Below, one piece after another: positions 20,455 to 28,469 of a stretch of 64,000 nucleotides of DNA (its first letter is position 1; each line of letters begins with the position of its first letter). The translations under genes were made by a program, and so were the position numbers. The notes under the pieces are model-generated. The model saw nothing but the letters and a program-made list of their open reading frames with translations. It did no database searches and was not told where the DNA came from. This DNA comes from an uncultured Collinsella sp. (GTDB taxonomy: Bacteria; Actinomycetota; Coriobacteriia; Coriobacteriales; Coriobacteriaceae): contig CAJLPI010000004.1 of NCBI GenBank assembly GCA_905208535.1, positions 65,159 through 129,158 of the forward strand, in the 5' to 3' direction.

Positions 20455-21369
20455 ATGGGTACAGTGAGAAACGCGCGCGTTAACCAGGGCGGCCCCAAGT
20501 GCGCCGGCATCGTCGGCCTTGGCCTCATCGGCGGCAGCTTTGCCCGCGGCTATGCGCAGGCGGGCGTCCGCGTGCTGGCCTGGGATCCCGATGACGATGT
20601 CATGACGGCCGCCAGCATGGGCACCGTTGCCGGCGAGCTCAACGACGAGACGCTCGGCGAATGCGACATCATCGTCTTGGCTTGCTACCCCGAGGCCTGC
20701 ATCGAGTGGCTCGAGGCGCACGTCCAGGCGCTCGCCGACGCCACCGATACCGAGGCCATCATGGGCCCCGTGGTGATCGACACCGTAGGCGTCAAGGGCA
20801 TCGTGTGCGAGCGCGCCTTTGAGCTTGCCCGCGAGCACGGTTTTTACTTTGTGGGCGCGCACCCCATGGCGGGCACGCAGTTCTCGGGCTACGCGCATTC
20901 CCGCGCCGACCTGTTCCAGGACGCACCGCTCGTGCTTGTACCGCCCGCAGTGGACGACGCACTCAAGCTGGAGCTTTTGGGCCAGGTGCGCGAGATGGTA
21001 CGTCCCCTGGGCTTTGGCAAGTTCAGCGTAACGAGCGCCGCCGAGCACGACCGCGTCATCGCCTTTACGAGCCAGCTCGCGCACGTCGTCTCCAACGCCT
21101 ATGTTAAGAGCCCGACCGCTCAGGTCCACCACGGCTTTTCGGCCGGCAGCTACCGCGACCTCACCCGCGTGGCACACCTCAATCCTCAGATGTGGTCCGA
21201 GCTCATGATCGACGACGCCGATGCGCTCGCCTTCGAGATCGACCATCTGATCGAATCGCTTGGCGCCTACAGCCGTGCGCTCAAGGACCGCGACCAGCGC
21301 TATCTGGAGAATCTCCTTGCCGAGGGCGACCGCATTAAGCGCGCACTCGACGACGAGGCCTCCCACTAG
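20455..21369 (+). CDS. tyrA: prephenate dehydrogenase
   Basis: 304 aa. Rossmann GIVGLGLIGGSFA and the GAHPMAG motif. Confidence 0.85.
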   Translation: MGTVRNARVNQGGPKCAGIVGLGLIGGSFARGYAQAGVRVLAWDPDDDVMTAASMGTVAGELNDETLGECDIIVLACYPEACIEWLEAHVQALADATDTEAIMGPVVIDTVGVKGIVCERAFELAREHGFYFVGAHPMAGTQFSGYAHSRADLFQDAPLVLVPPAVDDALKLELLGQVREMVRPLGFGKFSVTSAAEHDRVIAFTSQLAHVVSNAYVKSPTAQVHHGFSAGSYRDLTRVAHLNPQMWSELMIDDADALAFEIDHLIESLGAYSRALKDRDQRYLENLLAEGDRIKRALDDEASH

Positions 21370-21405
21370 ACAACCCATCACGCCAGGTCGAAAGGACCGA
21401 AGCTT

Positions 21406-22512
21406 ATGGCGATTACCATCGATATCGACACTGCACGCCCCTACCAGGTGCATGTTGGCACGTTTTTGCTGGAGCAGGCGGGACCGCTCGTGCGTGCCAC
21501 TGCCGGCGGCACCAAGGCCGTCATCGTGACGGACACCAACGTGGGCCCGCTCTACCAGATGCCCGTTAAGCAGAGCCTGGAGGCGTCAGGCTACGAGGTG
21601 AGCATCTGCACCTTCGAGGCCGGCGAGGCCCATAAGCGCGCCGAAACCTATGTTGCCATTTTGGAGTTTGTGGCCGAGCACGAGCTTTCGCGCTCCGACG
21701 TGATCGTGGCACTCGGCGGCGGCGTCGTGGGCGACGTGGCGGGCTTTGTGGCCGCCACCTACATGCGCGGCTGCAAGTTTGTGCAGATCCCAACGAGCCT
21801 GCTCGCCATGGTGGATTCGTCGGTGGGAGGCAAGACCGCCATCGATCTGGCTGCCGGCAAGAACTTGGCCGGCGCCTTTTGGCAGCCGAGCGTGGTTATC
21901 GCCGACGTAGGGTGTCTGGCCACACTCACGCCCGAGCAGTTCGCCGACGGCTGCGGCGAGGTCGTCAAGCACGCCGTGATCGCCGACCCGGAGCTTTTCG
22001 CCGAGCTGGAGAAGACCCCGCTCACGCTGGAGCTGCTCAACCGCGATGTGGCCCGCGTAGCACTCATCATCGCCCGCAACATCGACATCAAGCGCGCCGT
22101 GGTCGTCGCCGACGAGCGCGAAACCAACCAGCGCAAGCTCCTCAATTTTGGACACAGCGCCGGGCACGCCGTCGAGGCCTGCGAGCACTTTGAGCTCGGA
22201 CACGGCAACTGCGTTTCAATCGGCATGGGCATCATCACGCGCGCCGCGGCCCTGCACGGCATTTGCGATGCTGCACTGCCCGATCGTATTGAGGAACTCT
22301 GCGCCCGCCATGGCCTCAAGACCCGCTGCGACCTAGATGCCGATACCGTCTTTGCCGAGGCGCTCCACGACAAGAAGCGCGCGGGTGACACCATCGATCT
22401 AGTGATTCCGCACGGCATTGGCCGCTGCAGCATCGACCGCACACCGCTTTCCACTTTCCACGAACTCATTGCCGAGGGCCTCGGCCAGAAGGGAGACGCA
22501 TCCGCATGCTAG
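21406..22512 (+). CDS. aroB: 3-dehydroquinate synthase
   Basis: 368 aa. ALGGGVVGDVAGFVAATYMRG, PTSLLAMVDSSVGGKT and FGHSAGHA motifs. Confidence 0.9.
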   Translation: MAITIDIDTARPYQVHVGTFLLEQAGPLVRATAGGTKAVIVTDTNVGPLYQMPVKQSLEASGYEVSICTFEAGEAHKRAETYVAILEFVAEHELSRSDVIVALGGGVVGDVAGFVAATYMRGCKFVQIPTSLLAMVDSSVGGKTAIDLAAGKNLAGAFWQPSVVIADVGCLATLTPEQFADGCGEVVKHAVIADPELFAELEKTPLTLELLNRDVARVALIIARNIDIKRAVVVADERETNQRKLLNFGHSAGHAVEACEHFELGHGNCVSIGMGIITRAAALHGICDAALPDRIEELCARHGLKTRCDLDADTVFAEALHDKKRAGDTIDLVIPHGIGRCSIDRTPLSTFHELIAEGLGQKGDASAC

Positions 22513-23825
22513 CCCGCATCACCCCGTCCCCGCTCAAGGGCACCGTTCCCGCCATCGCGTCCAAGTCGATGGCGCATCGCCTGATCATCTGCGCTGCGCT
22601 TGCCAACGGCGAGACACACGTCACCTGCAACACCACCTGCGCCGACATCGAGGCTACGGTGCGCTGCCTTACGGCCCTGGGGGCTCGCATCGAGACCGTC
22701 GAGGACGGCTTCCAGGTCCACCCCGCCATGAAGAGTGTTGAGTTTGGCCTGCTCAAGGCCCTTGCCGGCAGCACGCTTGACTGCGGTGAAAGTGGATCCA
22801 CGCTCCGCTTTATGTTGCCCGTCGCCTGCGCGCTGGGCGCAGAAGCAACTTTTGTGGGCCAGGGCCGCCTGGGCGCCCGCCCGCTCTCCCCGCTCTCGGA
22901 CGAGATCATCGCCGCCGGCTGCGACCTACAGGGTCTGGGCGGTTTTCCGCTCAAGACGAGCGGCCGCATGCGCCCGGGCACCTTTGTGCTTCCGGGCAAC
23001 GTGAGCTCGCAGTACATCTCGGGCCTGCTGCTGGCAGCCCCACTGCTGGCCCAGCCCTCCTGCGTGCAGGTAACCGGCCTCATTGAGAGCCGTCCCTACA
23101 TCAACCTGACGATCCAGGCCATGAAGGCCTTTGGCGTCGAGGTCAACGTCGAGCGTATTCCGGCCAAGGACGGCCAGCCCGAGGTCACGAACTTCCGCGT
23201 GAGCAGCGGCTCGTACCGCACGCCCGGCAGCGTTGCTGTCGAGGGCGACTGGTCCAACGCCGCCTTTTGGCTGTGCGCCGGTGCCATCGGCACCGACCCC
23301 ATCACCGTCGAGGGCGTGTCGCTAAGCTCCGCACAGGGCGACCGTAACGTGCTTGCCGCGCTTTCGCGCTTTGGCGCCCGCATCGTGCGCTCCACCAACG
23401 CCGCCACCGTGCAGTCCGACAAGCTCGCCGGCTTTGAGATGAGTGCCCACGACATTCCGGACCTGGTGCCCGTCATCTCGGCCGTGGCCTCGTTGGCACA
23501 GGGCCGCACCTTTATTCGCGATTGCGCCCGTCTGCGCATCAAGGAATCCGACCGTCTGGTCACCACCACCCGCGAGCTCACCGCGCTGGGCGCGCAGGTG
23601 CGCATTGCCGGCGATGACCTCATCATCAAGGGTGTCGATGCCTTCACCGGCGGCGAGGTCGATTCGCACAACGACCATCGCATCGCCATGATGGCCGCTA
23701 TCGCCGCGAGCCGCGCCACCGGCGAGGTCGTGATCCACGGCGCCGAGGCCGTCAACAAGTCCTATCCCGATTTCTTCGACCACTACCGCCTGCTGGGCGG
23801 CAAGGTCACACTCGAGGAGGAATAG
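22506..23825 (+). CDS. aroA: 3-phosphoshikimate 1-carboxyvinyltransferase (EPSP synthase)
   Basis: 439 aa. PSKSMAHR-type N-terminus (ASKSMAHRLI), LDCGESGSTLRF, KESDR and DHRIAMM motifs. Confidence 0.92.
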   Translation: MLARITPSPLKGTVPAIASKSMAHRLIICAALANGETHVTCNTTCADIEATVRCLTALGARIETVEDGFQVHPAMKSVEFGLLKALAGSTLDCGESGSTLRFMLPVACALGAEATFVGQGRLGARPLSPLSDEIIAAGCDLQGLGGFPLKTSGRMRPGTFVLPGNVSSQYISGLLLAAPLLAQPSCVQVTGLIESRPYINLTIQAMKAFGVEVNVERIPAKDGQPEVTNFRVSSGSYRTPGSVAVEGDWSNAAFWLCAGAIGTDPITVEGVSLSSAQGDRNVLAALSRFGARIVRSTNAATVQSDKLAGFEMSAHDIPDLVPVISAVASLAQGRTFIRDCARLRIKESDRLVTTTRELTALGAQVRIAGDDLIIKGVDAFTGGEVDSHNDHRIAMMAAIAASRATGEVVIHGAEAVNKSYPDFFDHYRLLGGKVTLEEE

Positions 23826-23826
23826 C

Positions 23827-24924
23827 ATGTCCTCGACCTTTGGCAACGTCTTGCACGTAAGCATCTTCGGCCAGTCGCACTCCCCCGCCATCGGCTGCTC
23901 CCTCGATGGCATTCCGGCGGGCATCGCTGTTGACCAGGAGCAGCTGCAGGCCTTCCTTGACCGTCGTGCCCCCGGTCGCGACGAGACCGCGACCAAACGC
24001 CGCGAGGCCGACGCCGCCCACATCATCGCCGGTGTGGTCGATGGACATACCACCGGCGCGCCCATCGCCGCGATTATCGAGAACACCAACACGCGCTCCA
24101 AGGATTACTCCGAACTGCGCCGCAAGCCCCGCCCCGGACATGCGGACTTCCCTGCGCGCGTGAAGTATCACAACATGCACGATGTCGCCGGCGGCGGACA
24201 CTTCTCCGGCCGCCTAACGGCACCCCTGTGCATCGCCGGCGGCATTGCGCTGCAGGCACTCGAGGCCCGCGGCATTAAAGTGATGGCGCATGTAGCGCAG
24301 ATCGGCGGCATCTCCGACCTGCCGATGGACGACATGGTCTATCGCGAGGCCGACCGCAAGGCGATCCTTACGAACGATCTGCCGTGCATTGACGCCGCCG
24401 CCGCCGGCCGCATGCACGAGGAAATCCTAGCCGCGCGCGACGAACTCGACAGCATCGGCGGCATCGTGGAGTGCGGCATTTACGGGCTTCCTGCGGGCAT
24501 CGGCGACCCCATGTTCGATGGCATCGAGAACCGCATCGCGCAAATCGCGTTTGGCATTCCCGCCGTAAAGGGCGTGGAGTTTGGCATGGGCTTTGCCGTG
24601 GCCGCCATGCGTGGCAGCGAGAACAACGATCCGTATCGCATCGATGCCGAGACCGGCGAGATCGAGGTCGAGTCCAACAACGCCGGCGGCATCCTGGGCG
24701 GTATTTCGACCGGCGCGCCCGTCATGTGGCGCATGGCCGTAAAGCCGACGCCCTCAATTGGCCGCGAGCAGCAGACGGTGGACATGGACGCTATGGAAAA
24801 TGCCGAGCTCTCGGTCCACGGCCGCCACGATCCCTGCATCGTCCCCCGAGCCGTCCCCGTAGCCGAGGCAGCCGCCGCCCTTGCCATCTGGGACGCCCTC
24901 CTCGAAGACGCCGCCCAGCGCTAA
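23827..24924 (+). CDS. aroC: chorismate synthase
   Basis: 365 aa. GQSHSPAIGCSLDG, RPGHADF and GGGHFSGR motifs. Confidence 0.93.
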   Translation: MSSTFGNVLHVSIFGQSHSPAIGCSLDGIPAGIAVDQEQLQAFLDRRAPGRDETATKRREADAAHIIAGVVDGHTTGAPIAAIIENTNTRSKDYSELRRKPRPGHADFPARVKYHNMHDVAGGGHFSGRLTAPLCIAGGIALQALEARGIKVMAHVAQIGGISDLPMDDMVYREADRKAILTNDLPCIDAAAAGRMHEEILAARDELDSIGGIVECGIYGLPAGIGDPMFDGIENRIAQIAFGIPAVKGVEFGMGFAVAAMRGSENNDPYRIDAETGEIEVESNNAGGILGGISTGAPVMWRMAVKPTPSIGREQQTVDMDAMENAELSVHGRHDPCIVPRAVPVAEAAAALAIWDALLEDAAQR

Positions 24925-24967
24925 CTACCCACCCCTCAACATCCCCCGACACGTGAAAGGGGTCTCC

Positions 24968-26113
24968 ATGGACCTTGCTGACATCCGCCAGGCCATCGAT
25001 GGCATCGACACCACGCTCCTCAACAGTTTTGTCGAGCGCATGGACATTGCCACCGAGGTCGCCAAGTCTAAAATCGAGATGGGCAAGGCCGTCTTCGACC
25101 CCGCCCGTGAGCGCTCCAAGCTCAACAACCTCGCCAGCCGCGCCCCCGAGCGCTACGAGGCGCAGACCATCACCCTGTTCCGCCTCCTCATGAGCATGAG
25201 CAAGGCCGAGCAACAGCGCTACATCAACGAGCTCAAGGGCATCACCGTCTCACAAAAGGCCCACGCCACGGCTGCAGCCTTTGACACGCCTTTCCCCCAG
25301 ACGGCTAGCGTCGCCTGCCAGGGCGTCGAGGGCGCCTATAGCCAAATTGCCGCGTGCAGGCTCTTCGACGTGCCCGACATTGCGTTCTTCGAGACCTTCG
25401 AGGGCGTTATGCGCGCCGTGCGCGACGGCTTCTGCGAGTTTGGCGTGCTGCCCATCGAGAACTCCACCGCCGGCTCAGTCAACGCCGTCTACGACCTGCT
25501 CGCCCAGTTCGACTTCCACATCGTGCGCTCGCTTCGCCTCAAAATCGACCACAACTTGCTCGTCAAGCCCGGCGCCAAGCTTGCGGACGTGCACGAGGTC
25601 TACAGCCACGGCCAGGCCATTGCCCAATGCGCCGGCTTTATCGAGGCGCACGACCTGCACGCCACCAAGTACCCCAACACGGCCATGTCGGCCGAGATGG
25701 TCGCCAGCTCCGAACGCACCGATGTTGCCGCGATCGCATCGCGCAGCTGCGCCGCACTCTACGGCTTGGAGGTACTGGAGCCCAACATCCAGGACTCGGA
25801 CAACAACTACACGCGCTTTGTCGTCATCACCCGCGAGCCACGCGTCTACCCCGGCGCCAACCGCACCTCGCTCATGATTACCACGGCCAACGAGCCGGGC
25901 GCACTCTATCGCGTACTCGAGCGCTTCTACGCGCTCAATATCAACCTCATCAAGCTCGAGAGCCGCCCCATCCCCGGGCACGACTTTGAGTTTATGTTCT
26001 ACTTTGACCTGGACTGCCCCTTTGGCAGCAAGGCCCTCGATGACCTGCTCGATTCCATCGACGACGTGTGCGAGAGCTTCACCTTCTTTGGCAGTTACAC
26101 GGAGGTGCTCTAG
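24968..26113 (+). CDS. pheA: bifunctional chorismate mutase / prephenate dehydratase (with ACT domain)
   Basis: I place the start at MDLADIRQAIDGID (CM_2 helix). PDT domain (VACQGVEGAYS...ENSTAGSV) and a C-terminal ACT (LESRPIPG...FYFD). The ORF-track extension from 24881 overlaps aroC. Confidence 0.88.
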   Translation: MDLADIRQAIDGIDTTLLNSFVERMDIATEVAKSKIEMGKAVFDPARERSKLNNLASRAPERYEAQTITLFRLLMSMSKAEQQRYINELKGITVSQKAHATAAAFDTPFPQTASVACQGVEGAYSQIAACRLFDVPDIAFFETFEGVMRAVRDGFCEFGVLPIENSTAGSVNAVYDLLAQFDFHIVRSLRLKIDHNLLVKPGAKLADVHEVYSHGQAIAQCAGFIEAHDLHATKYPNTAMSAEMVASSERTDVAAIASRSCAALYGLEVLEPNIQDSDNNYTRFVVITREPRVYPGANRTSLMITTANEPGALYRVLERFYALNINLIKLESRPIPGHDFEFMFYFDLDCPFGSKALDDLLDSIDDVCESFTFFGSYTEVL

Positions 26114-27352
26114 ATGACCGATGTCGCCGCAACCCGCCCCTACGGCGTGCTGGGCCGCGTGCTGGGCCACAGCTACACCCCGACCATCTACAAGGAGCTC
26201 GCGGGGCTCGAGTACGTACGATTTGAGCGCGAGCCCGAGGACCTCCAGGCTTTTATGACGGGTGACGAATGGGAGGGCACCAACGTGACCATCCCCTACA
26301 AGCGCGCCGTCATGGAATACCTGGACGAGTTGAGTCCGCTCGCCGAGCGCATGGGCAACGTCAACACCATCACGCGCCTGCCCGACGGCCGCCTGCGCGG
26401 CGACAACACCGACTACTTTGGCTTCCAATGCCTGGTCGAGGAGCTAGGCGTAGAGGTTGCCGGTAAGAAGGCCCTCGTGCTCGGCGCCACCGGCGGTGCC
26501 GGCACCACGGCCAGCATGGTGCTCGACGACCTGGGCGCCATCGTCGTACCCGTGGGTCGCACGAGCGAGGTCAATTACGACAACATCGCGCAGCAGTCCG
26601 ATGCCGCGCTGCTCGTCAACTGCACGCCCGCCGGCATGTTCCCCCACTGCCCCGGCGCTCCCTGCACACTCGAAGGACTCGATGCGCTCGAGGGCGTCAT
26701 CGACATCGTCTACAACCCCGCCCGTACGGGTCTGATGCTCGAGGCCGAGCGCCGCGGCATCCCCTGCATCGGCGGCCTGCTGATGCTCGTGGCCCAAGCG
26801 GCACAGGCCGTCGAGCGCTATACCGGCAAGGTCACCCCGCGCGAGCGCATCCTGGACGTAACGGAGCACCTGTCCCACCGCGAACAGAACATCGCGCTGA
26901 TCGGCATGCCGGGCTCGGGCAAGACCCGCGTGGGTGAGCAGATTGCCCTGCTCACGGGACGCGAGCATATCGACCTCGATCGCACCCTCGAGGAACGCCT
27001 TGGCATGCCCTGCGCCGACTTTATCGTCGAACGCGGCGAGGCAGCCTTCCGCGAGCAGGAGACGGCGGAGCTGGCCGACATCTCCAAGCGCAGCGGCCTG
27101 GTGCTTTCCACGGGCGGCGGCGTGGTCACACGCGACGAGAACTACCCGCTGCTGCACCAGAACAGCCAGATCGTGATGCTCAACCGCAAGCTCGACGAAC
27201 TCGCCCATAAGGGTCGCCCCATCACCGCCCGCGATGGCATCGATAAGCTCGCCGAGCAGCGCATGCCGCGCTACCGCGCCTGGGCCGACTACATCATCGA
27301 CTCACGCGACTGCGCCGCCAAAACCGCGGCCGCCATCGTCGAGACCCTCTAA
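26114..27352 (+). CDS. aroE-aroK: fused shikimate dehydrogenase (AroE) - shikimate kinase (AroK)
   Basis: 412 aa. N-half GVLGRVLGHSYTPTIY...NVTIPYK...NTD (AroE). C-half IALIGMPGSGKTRVGEQIA...STGGGVV (AroK Walker A and lid). Confidence 0.85.
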   Translation: MTDVAATRPYGVLGRVLGHSYTPTIYKELAGLEYVRFEREPEDLQAFMTGDEWEGTNVTIPYKRAVMEYLDELSPLAERMGNVNTITRLPDGRLRGDNTDYFGFQCLVEELGVEVAGKKALVLGATGGAGTTASMVLDDLGAIVVPVGRTSEVNYDNIAQQSDAALLVNCTPAGMFPHCPGAPCTLEGLDALEGVIDIVYNPARTGLMLEAERRGIPCIGGLLMLVAQAAQAVERYTGKVTPRERILDVTEHLSHREQNIALIGMPGSGKTRVGEQIALLTGREHIDLDRTLEERLGMPCADFIVERGEAAFREQETAELADISKRSGLVLSTGGGVVTRDENYPLLHQNSQIVMLNRKLDELAHKGRPITARDGIDKLAEQRMPRYRAWADYIIDSRDCAAKTAAAIVETL

Positions 27353-27390
27353 CCTGCCAAAAAGGGACAGGTTTATTTTGGCAGGTTTTA
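27353..27390 (+). terminator. terminator-like hairpin inside the operon, between aroE-aroK and aroQ
   Basis: Perfect 10-bp stem cctgccaaaa/ttttggcagg with a 13-nt loop, then tttt. It starts right after the aroE-aroK stop. Confidence 0.45.
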
Positions 27391-27451
27391 TCTGGGCAAA
27401 CGCCGAAGATCGCAAGACCAGCCACGCCAACCAACTGCAAAGGAAGCAACC

Positions 27452-27889
27452 ATGAAGGCACTCGTCATCAACGGCCCCAACCTCAACATGCTCGGCATTC
27501 GCGAGCCGGGCATCTACGGAAGCGATAACTACGACCGTTTGGTCCAGATCTGCCAGGAGACAGGCGCCACGCAGGGCTTTAACGAGGTCGAGGTCTTCCA
27601 ATCCAACCACGAGGGCAGCATCGTCGACAAGATCCAGGAGGCCTACGGCAAGGTCGACGGCATCGTCATCAACCCGGCGGCCTACACGCACACGAGCGTC
27701 GCGATCCTCGATGCCCTCAAGGCCGTCGCCATCCCTGCCGTCGAGGTCCACATCAGCGCCGTCGAGACCCGCGAGGACTTCCGCCAGGTAAGCTACGCCC
27801 GCCTGGCCTGCTTCGCCACCATCACCGGCGAAGGCCTGCAGGGGTATGCCCACGCGTTGGAGCTGCTGAAAGAGCGTCTCGAAAAGTAG
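27452..27889 (+). CDS. aroQ: type II 3-dehydroquinate dehydratase
   Basis: 145 aa. INGPNLNMLGIREPGIYG, QSNHEG and INPAAYTHTSVA motifs. Confidence 0.93.
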   Translation: MKALVINGPNLNMLGIREPGIYGSDNYDRLVQICQETGATQGFNEVEVFQSNHEGSIVDKIQEAYGKVDGIVINPAAYTHTSVAILDALKAVAIPAVEVHISAVETREDFRQVSYARLACFATITGEGLQGYAHALELLKERLEK

Positions 27890-27936
27890 CCTCGCGAGCA
27901 AATCCATCAACGCGATTCATACGCTAATAATGCCAG

Positions 27937-27975
27937 TGCCGCCAGCAGCAACCTCGCTACTGGCGGCATTTTATT
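27937..27975 (+). terminator. intrinsic terminator of the aro operon
   Basis: tgccgccag/ctggcggca 9-bp stem followed by attttatt. Confidence 0.6.
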
Positions 27976-28019
27976 ACTGGCATATAATCATTGCAGTCAC
28001 ACAACGTCTGGAGACGCAC

Positions 28020-28469
28020 ATGCTGAGCATTCACCTGGGGGATTACCCCGGTTCCATCTACGATACCGAAACCTATTTTAGGAACTCATACTTGGACTCA
28101 TGGTTCGAAGACCCTATGGCCGCACAGATTATTAAAAGCGTGGACGGATCAGAGCTCATCGGTCCCCACAACATCGTAAGCAAGCAGCTGGGCTCAATCA
28201 CCCCACTCGAACTGTCCGGCGGCGTTAAGACGCTGCTGCTGGTGCGCAATCTCCCAAACATGGTGTTCAATGCATCCACTTGCGGAGATAACTGCGCTCG
28301 CTGGCTGCTCAAAATTGGCAAAGAGCAGGATGTGCTGGTGACCCTTTACCACATCATGAAGTTCCCCTGGAAGAACTTTGAAATCCGCATTGAAAACGAT
28401 GACCGCATCGTCAGAAACATGCAGGAGTTTGTCGGCGCCACGAATGACTTTTTGGATGTTGATGAGTAA
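28020..28469 (+). CDS. module copy 1, small subunit: Walker-A-less ABC-half-like protein (DUF4869-like)
   Basis: I place the start at MLSIHLGDY; the ORF-track start 27930 lies in the aroQ terminator. LSGGVKTLLL (nt 28212..), VFNASTCGDNCA and VTLYH. Two paralogues lie in this window. The stop overlaps the next ATG. Confidence 0.8.
   Translation: MLSIHLGDYPGSIYDTETYFRNSYLDSWFEDPMAAQIIKSVDGSELIGPHNIVSKQLGSITPLELSGGVKTLLLVRNLPNMVFNASTCGDNCARWLLKIGKEQDVLVTLYHIMKFPWKNFEIRIENDDRIVRNMQEFVGATNDFLDVDE

Noticed and set aside
27930-28019. The upstream ATG at 27930 as the start of the small module protein; similar 5' extensions at 24881, 34338, 38388, 39522, 59469, 32388 and 3368.
   Set aside because: The extensions run through terminators or the preceding gene, lack ribosome-binding sites and are absent from paralogues or known family N-termini. 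The internal starts have good Shine-Dalgarno sequences.
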